Shown one piece after another: positions 13,401-24,271 of a stretch of 64,000 nt of DNA (position 1 is the stretch's first letter; each line of letters opens with the position of its first letter). A program made the translations under genes and the position numbers. The notes below the pieces were generated by a model that was not told the origin of the DNA, ran no database searches, and worked only from the letters and a program-made list of their open reading frames with translations. The stretch is taken from contig NW_027191415.1 in assembly GCF_041146345.1 (NCBI RefSeq), forward strand, positions 186,001-250,000. Reading direction: 5' to 3'. This stretch comes from Neodothiora populina. Taxonomy: Eukaryota.

Positions 13401-13838
13401 GTGGATTTCGTTACCGTGAATATCTACTATCAAGCAATGTCTTTCGTATTCGGAGGCATGAACACCATGACTCCGCCGCCTCTTCGTGTTTGCAATTTCC
13501 CTCATCAGCGGCTCCGTTCCTACCATTATCATTATGATGATCATGGTCGACAGCAGCAGCTGCATCCCCAGCCATCAGAGTTCATCATCGACGCCAACGA
13601 GTGGGAATGGTCCGCTTTGCTCGAGCATAGATTTTTGGTATCCACAGCACCTCGGAGCGGATTGACGACTGTGATTGGCAATCCCAGAGAAGAGGAGATT
13701 GGTGGGGTTGAGAGGCTTGACAGTTCAGGCGCGGGATATCAGTCTTCGCATCTGCCATTCCTCCTGTTCGGAGTCGAGGATCCAGAGTTCAAAGCGCGTG
13801 TGTTGTCGCCTGACGGCAGGCCCTTTACTTGGGGGTGA
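13401..13838 (+). CDS. Possible hypothetical protein
   Basis: 145-aa ORF with protein-like C-terminal half and a possible intron at ~13638-13687; no recognisable domain. Confidence 0.2.
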   Translation: MDFVTVNIYYQAMSFVFGGMNTMTPPPLRVCNFPHQRLRSYHYHYDDHGRQQQLHPQPSEFIIDANEWEWSALLEHRFLVSTAPRSGLTTVIGNPREEEIGGVERLDSSGAGYQSSHLPFLLFGVEDPEFKARVLSPDGRPFTWG

Positions 13839-14380
13839 GCGAGGTGAAGGAGATCGAGCGGTAGTTCATGGCCTGTCTTTGCTGTAGACTATCGCTGTCG
13901 GGACGCAGGGTTTCATATCGGGCGCAACAGTAGGCAAAACAAAATAGGAGATCAGAGACAGTGTTCACTTCGTCGACTCTTGCTTTGAGAGGCGCTAGAG
14001 ACGCCTAGTCCGTTTCAGAAATTGTGATGTTTTTTGTTTATACTAAGATCGTGTCGGTTTCCCTTGTGGTATATGTATTGACGCCCCGTGCCTGTGGCTG
14101 TGGCTGTGGTGTTTGTTTCAATCAAGCCAAGCCTTCCCTCCTTCCTCTCCTGAGCTCAGCCGTCTCAAAGAAACCGGACGATTCAGCTCACCAACCCTAT
14201 GCGCTGACCGGCGCAATTCCTGCTTGCCCACAATATATGCAGTACGTAAAAAGAAAGGAAGGAGCGCGCCGCTCCACTGCTAGAACTCCGTGATGGAAAA
14301 AAAATGCATCGAAAGCTCTCTCTTCTAATGATGAAAGAAGGATATGAGAAAGGGTAGACAGAAAGACAAAAAACCATGCA

Positions 14381-15509
14381 TCAAGCGTCATCCATCTTAA
14401 CATCCTCAAAGTCATCGCCTTCGCCCTCCGACTCGTCATCTTCATCAAAGTCTTCCTCGACGGCAGCCTCTTCCTTGACCGGCTGCAGATCGGTGCCCAG
14501 GCTGCGTTCGTATTCGGGGTTCAGACGGTACTGCATGGTGAAGGGACCTTGACGGATAAGAGTAGCGATCTTCTCCACGACGCTCTTGATGTAGGCTTCG
14601 GGCTGATGCAGGCGCTGCTTGAGTGCACGCAAAGACCAGTATCTGAACTCCTTGAAGCACTGGTTGAGATTGTCGAGCAAGTCTTCCTGGGAGATACGGA
14701 CGGCCTTCTCGGTCTGCTTCTTCTTGACGGGTTTGCCGTGAGCGGCGGCGGTGGTGAATGCGGAGAATCTGTTGCTAGCAATAATGGATGGATGCATGGA
14801 TCGATCGACGCCGGTGGCGAAGTTGGTCTGGCGCTTGGGAGCAAACATGGCTTTGAAGCGAGCGTCGGTCAAGCGACGGTATTCCTCGTTCTCGACAGCG
14901 GTGACGGTGACCTCGTTGAGTACTTGGCCTGCGAGAGACACTTGTTCTGGAAAAGGCAGGGAGTATTAGTGATACGAGGAGCGAAGATGCATAGTAGGAG
15001 ACACAGAGGGAGCCGGGAGACGTACTAGGAATAGCAGAAGAGTATCGTTTGTTCTTATTTATGCGATGAGCCTCATCCCTATTGGCCTGGCGGTCCTCCT
15101 TTCTGAAGACGCGGTTTGGTCGCCATGACTTGAATCCAGGCTGGTCCTTCTCGGAGAAGACCACGGTGTTGTTGTACGAAGAGCGATTGACGGTTATATC
15201 GTACTTTTTAGGAACAGAAGCATGTTGACCACCAGGCAGGTCGTGCAAGACCAGCTTGACCTTCGAGCCATGCTTCTCATCATACACGCGCAACTTTCCA
15301 ATCTCAAACTCTTCATCGTCGGCCACTTGCGACCAGGCTTCCCACAACCACTTGGGCAGCTTGGCTAACCAGACGTCCCTGGGCGGATCCTGGATTTGCA
15401 ACTCTCCATCTTCGTCTCCGTCGACGTACTTGTCTTCTTCATCCTCGTACAGCTCCGGGTCACGCTTGATGGACACGCCATCTTCCGTCTTGATTCCGTT
15501 GCTGGCCAT
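14381..15509 (-). CDS. TFG2: Transcription initiation factor TFIIF beta subunit; intron 14947-15025
   Basis: VWLAKLPKWLWEAW..EIGKLRV N-terminal domain; winged helix LLDNLNQCFKEFRYWSLRALKQRLHQPEAYIK; a GTACGT..CTAAT..CAG intron joins SAIP-K-QVSLAG. Confidence 0.93.
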
Positions 15510-15905
15510 GGTCCGGGAACAAGAAATCAACAGCTACAGGTGCAGCTGGGTGAGTTGACGGGGACGAGAAAGGCGCAAACTGCTTCAGAGGCAGAGGGAG
15601 ATAGCGTAATACCCCGACACTGTATGGAGAAGGCACACAGTCCCTTTGTCAAGATGCGGGAATCACGATTGCAGAATGCGGAAGTCGACGCTCGGACCTT
15701 CCTGATCTGAGGATACCCCAGAGTTCTTGGCAGTGACGCACCTGTGTGAAGCATAAGCCACAAGCACGAGCCAGTGGTGTCTACTACGGAGGACTTGTGT
15801 TGTATACCTTACCTTACGGTGCGTCAAGCATCGCCCAGGCGTCAAGGTAGATTCAGTCCGAAGCAAGCGCCTCTCTGTCGTTGCGCCAATCAGTCATCGC
15901 ACATC

Positions 15906-17174
15906 ATGGCCACCGCAGCTCCCTCGGCACATGTCACAGACAGACTACTGGCTCTGGAAGATGCCCCCGCCTCCAAGAGACAAGCGGGTTATGAAGAGCT
16001 CCTCGACAAGATCATCTCCACTTCGCCTCCTGAACAACTCGCCGCAGACTTGATCGCCTATGCGGAATCCATCCTTGGTGACAATGTCGGCATCGTGGCT
16101 TCGAGACCATTGTTGGCCTCCTTTGTCGACAGGTTCCGGACAGTCAGCGACTCGGAGGTAAAGATCGAAGTGGGAAATGCGGCCATCAGCGCCATCGCAC
16201 CTAAAGTCGTCAGCTATGAAGCACAAGACACGGCTCTGAAGCTCATAGTTGCCGATGCATACGAGGCCAATGAAGACTACACCGGCTCCGCCAAGACTCT
16301 CCAGACTGTTGTCCTCGATTCGTCGCAGAAAGCCGTCAGCGACAATGAGAAGGCTGACATCTGGATCCGCATCACTCGCTGCTATCTCGAAGAAGACGAT
16401 CCGACCAACGCCTTGGCCTACCTGAACAGAGTCAAGAACGTCATTCACTCTGTCACGGATTCAGCCCTGCGCATTCAGTTCCAGGCCTCTCAAGCACGCA
16501 TTTCCGATTCTCGCCGCAACTTTCTCGACGCCTCGACCTCCTACCTCAATCTGAGTAATGAGCCTGCTATCGATGAGGAGGACAGGTTGCAGTCTTTGTC
16601 TGCCGCCATCATTTGCGCTGTGTTGGCACCAGCAGGACCCAAAAGAGGAAAACAGTTGGCCAGATTGTACAAGGACGACAGGGCGAGCCAGGTCGAGGAG
16701 TATGGTATTCTCGAAAAGATCTTCCTCGATCGTGTTCTCGACCAGGATGAGATTAAAGCCTTTGGTCAGAAGTTACGACCTCATCAGATGGCCAAGACTG
16801 CCGATGGCAGTACCGTCCTCGACAAAGCTGTCCTTGAACACAATTTGCTCGGAGTTTCGCGCCTCTATTCGAACATTGGCTTCTCCCATCTAGGTGAACT
16901 GCTCGGCGTCGATCCCGAGCGAGCTGAAGGCTACGCCAGAGCGATGATCGAGCAGGGTCGTCTGGCCGGCTACATGGATCAGATCGACGAGCTCATCTAC
17001 TTCGAGCCTGAGAGTTCTGGAGAAAAGGGCGGTGCTTCTGCCAGTGCCATCGGATCCAAGGATTTGAGACAATGGGACGGCAATGTGCAAGGGCTTACTG
17101 AGGAGGTCGAGAAAGTAACGACCATGATCCAGCAGCAACATCCCGAATTTTATGCTCAGCACATGGTGCATTGA
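15906..17174 (+). CDS. CSN4: COP9 signalosome subunit 4 (PCI domain)
   Basis: IRITRCYLEEDD, CAVLAPAGPKR..LARLYKDDRA, DGSTVLDKAVLEHNLLGVSRLYSNI motifs; intronless; ATG at 15906. Confidence 0.95.
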   Translation: MATAAPSAHVTDRLLALEDAPASKRQAGYEELLDKIISTSPPEQLAADLIAYAESILGDNVGIVASRPLLASFVDRFRTVSDSEVKIEVGNAAISAIAPKVVSYEAQDTALKLIVADAYEANEDYTGSAKTLQTVVLDSSQKAVSDNEKADIWIRITRCYLEEDDPTNALAYLNRVKNVIHSVTDSALRIQFQASQARISDSRRNFLDASTSYLNLSNEPAIDEEDRLQSLSAAIICAVLAPAGPKRGKQLARLYKDDRASQVEEYGILEKIFLDRVLDQDEIKAFGQKLRPHQMAKTADGSTVLDKAVLEHNLLGVSRLYSNIGFSHLGELLGVDPERAEGYARAMIEQGRLAGYMDQIDELIYFEPESSGEKGGASASAIGSKDLRQWDGNVQGLTEEVEKVTTMIQQQHPEFYAQHMVH

Positions 17175-18312
17175 ATGTCAACATGAGGCGGTAATGCTAT
17201 TTTCATGTCTTTAGGTATCAGGGGCATAGCGGGAGGCGTACGGCGTTGTGAGTGATAGATCATTGCTCTTGTAGATAAGGTTCTCGTGCCACTCGAAATG
17301 GGAGAGCGGAACGGTCGCGGTTTTGCTTTTGTAGCACCCCTTCTGTAGTTTAGTAGGAAAAAGGAGTACAGTCATGTGGCTGCAGATTGCAACAAATCCC
17401 CATCCTCGACATGAGCTTCTCCGGTCCAGCACGCTCGATCCCGTTATCGCCGCTGCCTCCACTCCTGTCAATGTCCCAATGTACCATACAAAGTATCACG
17501 CATCCGCCGCGCGATAACCCATCTTTCCTCCCAAGACATCGGACACATATTCATGCAACAGTATGTTTTACAACACTTTGTCAACTCGCAGCCTTGGCTG
17601 GGAGCCCACACGAAATGCTAGTCCTTGACAAGCATAGCCATCACCGCCACCGATGCTTGGACTTACTCACGACATCTACTGTACAATCGCAACTCAACCA
17701 TCCACCGCTATCACCCTAGCAAGACATGTAGGTTCTTCAAGCAGGCTACTGTTGCGGTATGCTGCGGTCTTTGCATGGACTGACTCGATATACTCGCAAT
17801 CCATCGCCCTTCCTTTGCCGGCATCCTTTCTCATCACTCACGGGATGAGAATCCTCGCTCTATCGCTATTCAGCCAGCTATCCTGGTAGATCCGGTACTC
17901 CCTATGACTCTGCGTGGACAGCCTGAAATGACCAAGGTCGATCCAGGTTGCAACAAACCGCAGAGAGCGGCTGCAATAAGCTTCCCTTAAAAACTTCCAC
18001 AACTAACTTCCAGGACGTGTATAAGATGCTGCTGCGGCATCAGTGTTACTCTCGGTATCAGCTTACTCTGCATTCACTCTGCACTCACATTGATCACAGC
18101 ATCCGAGAACAAAGTTCTATCGTGACTGCACCAATACACTCTAAAGTCAATCCCAGAGGCCGCCTGCCTCATCTTGAGCATTTGAGGAACCCCCATACTC
18201 TTCTGGAGCAACTCATTTGGACCGAGAAGACATAGCTCTCCATCATCCTGCCTCGATCTACACCATACTCACAAGGCTCCCCTAACCAGCATAAACGAAC
18301 CATTTCTCCAAA

Positions 18313-18984
18313 ATGCCGATCTACATCCCCGCAGGATTCTCGCCTTCTCAGGCTCTTCAACTCGAAGACCTCCCCGACGAGGTTACAATTACTTTCGCAA
18401 AGATAATGCACGACATCGACAGAGCCGGGCCCCTCCCTTTCGACGCTCTCCCTGTCACTTCCCCCGGCCCATTACAACAGGTCCCGGCTGTGACCATCGA
18501 CAGCGAGCCGCCAGAACCGCTGCCTCAGACACCCAGGCAGAGAAGCAAGGCATTGACATCCCTCGACAAGAGCTTTATGAAGCTCAATGAACCTACTCGG
18601 CCCGAGAAGTGCTATGCCTCGTGGTGCCCTCCTGCTCCCCCCGCCTCTACCCTTCCTATACCTCCCGCGAGAATGCTGCAACAGCTCGTGGATTCGAAGG
18701 CTGCTGCAGCCAGGACCTCGGAGTATCGGGATAAGCTCCCTGGTCTGTCTGAGTGTCCCGAACTGGAAGACAGCAGCAGTGATACTGAGTCTTCGCCATC
18801 TTTACCCGCTTTAGAGATGTCAAGCCAGGGAGACCAGTCCATCACTCTACTTGATATGGAGAGTGAAGATGATACCGAAAATGCCATCAACGCACTGCTG
18901 AACAAATTGGACGATAAAGCCTTGTCTGAAGAGGAGAAGATATGGGCGCTGTTTGCCGACAAGGATATCTGGTGTGGTGTGTAA
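18313..18984 (+). CDS. Hypothetical P/S/E-rich protein (223 aa)
   Basis: Long ORF, CAAAATG start context, AT-rich 3' flank; no known domain. Confidence 0.5.
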   Translation: MPIYIPAGFSPSQALQLEDLPDEVTITFAKIMHDIDRAGPLPFDALPVTSPGPLQQVPAVTIDSEPPEPLPQTPRQRSKALTSLDKSFMKLNEPTRPEKCYASWCPPAPPASTLPIPPARMLQQLVDSKAAAARTSEYRDKLPGLSECPELEDSSSDTESSPSLPALEMSSQGDQSITLLDMESEDDTENAINALLNKLDDKALSEEEKIWALFADKDIWCGV

Positions 18985-21677
18985 AATGCTGGTCGGGGTT
19001 GTATTACCTTCAGTCTGCTGAGGAACACTTTTTGGAGAAAGGGATATTTGAGAAAGGAATGGTTTTTCGCATTGGATAACTTGATGAATAAAATGAACAT
19101 AAGTCGTAAAGCTGCCACGCTATCTGTTGTATGAGGTGATTTGAAAAATGATTTGCTGCAGTACGTGGAACAATGACAAAAGAGTCACGTTGATGTCGTT
19201 TGTTTACTGAACGCACAGCGATGCCATCACACAATCCAACTACGAAAATATACATACAAGAAACAAATCTACAGGAAATATAAAGACTGCTCTATACTAA
19301 TTTGAATTGAAACCATGTAACATATACAGACAATCAACTAAGTCCTCGATAGTCAAAGAAACGAAAGGCGTGGGACGAATGTATGATTGGAGAGAGAGGG
19401 GACAGTGTTGCCCTCCTGCTTCTTGACTTGCGCACGGATCCATTCATACATGATTATTTATTCCTTCACTTTTCGTATTTACACCTTGCTTGTAGATGCT
19501 GTCTCTGATACAAATGGAAAAGTGGATAACTTCAAGCGCTTCCCAATGGGAGGTGTAGGAATACTGTTGGAGGTAGACTGGTACTTTAGAGTTATATCAC
19601 TAGTCAGAGCGGTTATACGCAGAGCGCAACTGGCGTCAATTCTCGAGTACGCGACGATTACGAGATTTATTGGATCAGGGCACAATATGATATAATCTTG
19701 GAGATACCAAATAGCGGAAGTGGAAGACTGTATGATATTTGTGTCATGATCTTCGGCACGGAGGGTTTATAATAGAACAAGAGCCTGGGCGGCTGTGGTA
19801 GTAATATCCGAAGCCGTGGACAGTGTTGCCGTCGCGCCGCGCGGACTTGGGCGATTGTCTTGCATTTACTCTCGGTACACCCTATGATCATATCGCTAGA
19901 TCTGACAGACATGCAGTATAGGAGTCACCATTGCCTAAACTATTGAGCAGGGCAATTATTTTGCCTGCAATCGCAAGAGAATTGCTGGATACGCGAATAA
20001 GATGCACCTTGCATCTCATGCAATTATACTTCTGTAGCCATTATCGCATTACCTTGGCGCAACACTGTCAATAATCAAGCATTGTTCGCATCAGGATATC
20101 GTCTACGGACAACATCGTGAACACGTTACTGCAGTGCTAGTCAGATCAGCACAACCAGTATCGTGAGACAATGAAACAATGAAACCATGGAACCTAATCT
20201 GCCGCAGACCCACGTGGGCTGTAGCGCCACGCTAATGCAAGACGGTTTCCTGTCAAATGTCAAAAAACACTCTTTTGACCTCACGTCTTCGTGCGATGGA
20301 ATTCCTGTACGTCTGATGTCTTCTGATCATGCCTTCTTGGGTTTTTGAGATGGGAATTATGGCTGCCTGAACTCTTGGTGTGGTGTTTTGAGGTTGGCTG
20401 TACACTTTGCTCCTCAATTTTGCCAAGGATACCGTTGCTGTCGCTGTCGCTAGTGGTGATGACGATCTGACATGGTGGTGGTAACCACCGTCGGGTACGC
20501 TCGCGAAGGCGATAATGCATGGAGCTGGTGGAAGTATGTATTGAGACCCCTTGAGATACCTTGAGACGGTCGTAGGTGCTATCATCGCTGTAAAGTATAG
20601 TGGTAGTTCTGCTTCGTTGTGGCGTTCAGAGAAGACGAGAGGGAAGGCGCGACTTGGATTACCCGTTGCGTTGCCAAAGAGATGCTTGAATTGATAAGGT
20701 ATGTTTCCATTGATATTCATGACTACCTAGCCTTACATTGTAGGTTTTGTCAATTGCTTTCTTGCAGTCTTTGTTTGCTCAGGGTATGGTTTTTTGCTTT
20801 GCTCTGCGTTTGTCTTGCTTTTTCATTTTTCGATCATGTCCATTGCGCTTTCGTCTACCTACCCAAATTCAGTCAGGGCCACACTCTCGTATTGAAGCTA
20901 CCTCAATACATCGACCACTTCTACCATGTCATGCTTTCACAGATTTCAAAACATCACAACATGCACCACCATTTCGATCTAAAAGAGAAGGATACCTGAG
21001 GACCTGGCACTCCCGACTACTCGTCAACACGGACCACTATGGCGCCAACCCATCTCTACATCATCTTGACGTCCTGGTATACAACCCCAATTTACGGATG
21101 ACATGCATCTTATCGCACACTCTCGACAATATATGATCTGGCATCATGCTCAAGAGTAACGATGATTGCAGCGGACTCAGCATATCGTCGTCGTCGTCGT
21201 CGCTGCCCTGAATACACTTTCTCCTTACGCCGCACGACCCTTCGCCTCTGCCAGCTCTGACCGACGCCGTCGCCCGACGTCGCTGCGTACGAATTATGAC
21301 AGGCTCCTGGCGTATGGATGAGTGAATCGATGCTGGTTGGTCGCCGGACCTCCGACAAAAGCCAAGGGTGCCTTCTAACCAATTCAAGTCGTGCAAGGAC
21401 CGTTGCTGAAAGTTACTGTGGCGCAACGGAATTCCAGCCTCGCGACGCCCGAAGATGAATCGCAACACCACTCGATCAACTGTAGGATACTCTCAATGGA
21501 ACTCAGCACATAATACTCGCCACATCTCGGAATATATATCCCAACTCCATCCCAAAATTGTTTCCTCACTCCTGCACAAGGCGCCGCTTCCGTACGTCCC
21601 ACTCGGTTCCAAAGCCTGTATCCTGTGTCGCGCATCGCTCAAACTCCGACTCCGTCTACCGCAGCTAACCTGTTCAA

Positions 21678-21702
21678 GTTGTTGTTGTTGTTGTTGTTGT
21701 TG
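21678..21702. repeat. (GTT)n microsatellite
   Basis: About 8 GTT units visible. Confidence 0.9.
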
Positions 21703-22403
21703 TCGTCGAGTCCGCGATCTCGCAAACCCATATATATTCAAATTCTCCTTCTCTTCTTCCTCCTTTCTCTCCTCAACCACGCGGCATTTACACAGTAAGT
21801 CCCGCACCCATTTTTCGCCGCCACCTTGCCACAAACCTGCTCAGCACATGCACTGCATCTCTCTGCACCTCTTCGTCCTTGTCAGCGCACATACTCTCAT
21901 GCAGTGCGGTCGTCGTCCTTTGAGACGCGTCTTTTCTGCCTCTGTTGTTGTGTCGTTGCCTCGCGACTTGTCCTCCCTCACGCACTCATGCTACCTCTAC
22001 ACATGCACTACCACTGCAGCTGATCACACGTCCTGTCCTTCCTGCACATGCACATGCCCATTTGCCTCCAGAAAGAAAGAAAGCACATCTCCTGTCACAT
22101 TTTCAGATTCATCAGCAAAAGAAAAACAAAACATCCTCTTTCCACACATGCATATCCTACACCCATACATCCACATGCCTTCTACACACGCTACCTCTTG
22201 CATCTCATCTACCTGCCTTGACAAGTCGCTTCAAGTCGCTGTCGCTCCCGTCGCGTCTTGTTGTTGCTGTCGATCATGGCGGTTGTTTTTGCACGTTGAC
22301 GCGTGAACCCGTCCTCCTCATCCCCATCTACCCTCATCTTCCCTCATACTCATCATCCATCCCTCGACCTTCACCATCATCTGCCACCTTCATCATCTCC
22401 TGT

Positions 22404-22692
22404 CATCATCCACTCTCTTCCTCCACTCTCTTCATCCACTCTCTTCATCCACTCTCTTCATCCTTTCTCTTCATCCATTCTCTTCATCCACTCTCTTCAT
22501 CCACTCTCTTCATCCTTTCTCTTCATCCATTCTCTTCCTCCACTCTCTTCATCCACTCTCTTCATCCTTTCTCTTCATCCATTCTCTTCCTCCACTCTCT
22601 TCATCCACTCTCTTCATCCTTTCTCTTCATCCATTCTCTTCCTCCACTCTCTTCATCCACTCTCTTCATCCACTCTCTTCATCCACTCTCTT
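22404..22692. repeat. 13-bp minisatellite, consensus TCTTCATCCACTC, about 22 units with variants
   Basis: Direct tandem units TCTTCATCCACTC / TCTTCATCCTTTC / TCTTCATCCATTC / TCTTCCTCCACTC. Confidence 0.92.
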
Positions 22693-22813
22693 CGTTCTCA
22701 ATCACCATTCTCATGGCTGATGTATTCTCTCAATAGAATTCTATTCGTCACTCGGTATCACGTTATCCAAAACACTCAAAACTTCCATTACTCTCAAAGG
22801 TATTTTTTCTAAA

Positions 22814-24271
22814 ATGCCTTACCTCACCAACTACTCCGTTGCTCCGCAGCCTCAGATGCTGCCCTCTCGCATCCCTGTCCGGGCCGTCCAAGGCTCAAAC
22901 AACAACAAAAACAAAAACAACAACAACAACACCACCACCACCATCATCAGTAGCCGCAAGGCTTCCGATGTCAAGGGCTCGAGGATCCCTCGAGCCATCG
23001 CCAAGGTCAAGAAGCTTGCCAAAGCTTCGAAGGCCGCGGTGAAGAAGGTCCCTGGCTACCTGAAGGCCACCAAAGTAAGTTTTATTTCATTCATCTATCT
23101 ACTCTTCTTCCTCTTCTTCTCATTGATCTCAATACTGATTTTCTCAATACAGACCTCTGCAAAGCGAGCTGCCACTCGCATTGCTTGCGTTGGAAAGCCT
23201 TCACAGGCACCCAAGGAGGCTCCCAGACAGCCTCTGGTTTCACGAGTTGCTATTGCAGCTCAGAACCAAGCTGCTGCGGCAGCCAAAATGGTTCGACCGG
23301 CACCTGAGCCGGTGGAGAAGGGTAAGTCAGCGTCTCATTTGCCTGCCTTCTGTCCTCTGCCATCCTGTCCTCTGCCCTCCTATCCTTTGCCCCATCGTAT
23401 GTCCATAGCTGACTTGTGTCCAGACGTGGTTCTGGAACCTGCAGAGGTTGCCGAGCCTGCAGCGCTCATGGAGCCTGCTGAGCTCACCACCGACGAGACC
23501 GTGAAGCCGTTCGGTTCTTGTGTCGGAGACGCCAAAGCCCTTGAGATCTCCACCTGGGTCGATCTTGTGGCAGGTACCGAGCTTTGTTTGGAGCAAGGCT
23601 CAATGCTTGCTGGGGAAAGCTTTTCTGGGTATGTCATCTCTGCCTTTGCCTTGCTCTTTGACGCGCCTTGCTGATTTCTCGACCAGTCTGTCCGGCTCCT
23701 TTCTCAAGGCTCTGGTCATCTCCGCTTCGCCGGAGCCCATGGTGGAGGCCACGCTCCCACTGCCGGAGGAGTCCTTTTCTTGGTGAGTGTTCCATGCCTC
23801 TGCTTCTGGTACATTATGCTCACATCTCGTTGCAGCTTGTCGGCTTCTCTCCTCAAGGCGCTGGTTATCCAGCCCCTTGAGCCGTCAGACCAGGTCACTC
23901 CTGCTGCCTCGGAGGCTATGGATTACGCTGAGGATGACGCTGAGGCTGGCGACAGCAAAGTGGAGCTTCGCAAGCAGCTCGCAACTTTCGGTCTCTTCCT
24001 CGACCCAGAGGACAGGCACTGCATCGATGCACCATCATCTCTCGATGCCGCATCACAGACTGGTGTGCTTCCGCCGTCAAGGATCCCAAGGCGGCATACC
24101 GAGAGCAATCTTCGGTCCGCCATGAAGGCAGAATGGAAGGCACGTGCTGGGATCCGGCCTTACCAGCTCTCTCGCATCCCACGGCCACCCCTCGTTCCTC
24201 GGACTCGTCCAAAAGATCGCAGGTTCTTCTCCGGTGGCACCTGCATCTCTTCTCTCTTTGAGTCTCTGTGA
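22814..24271 (+). CDS. Orphan multi-exon protein with four SRIP motifs; introns 23075-23152, 23322-23423, 23629-23686, 23783-23835 (3' end uncertain)
   Basis: AAAATG start; four canonical donors (GTAAGT, GTAAGT, GTATGT, GTGAGT) with CAG acceptors give one continuous frame through three ORF-track pieces. Confidence 0.65.

Noticed and set aside
21455..22812. Long overlapping ORFs (283, 263 and 169 aa)
   Set aside because: They arise from stop-poor pyrimidine-rich and tandem-repeat sequence; the translations are low-complexity S/L/H/F
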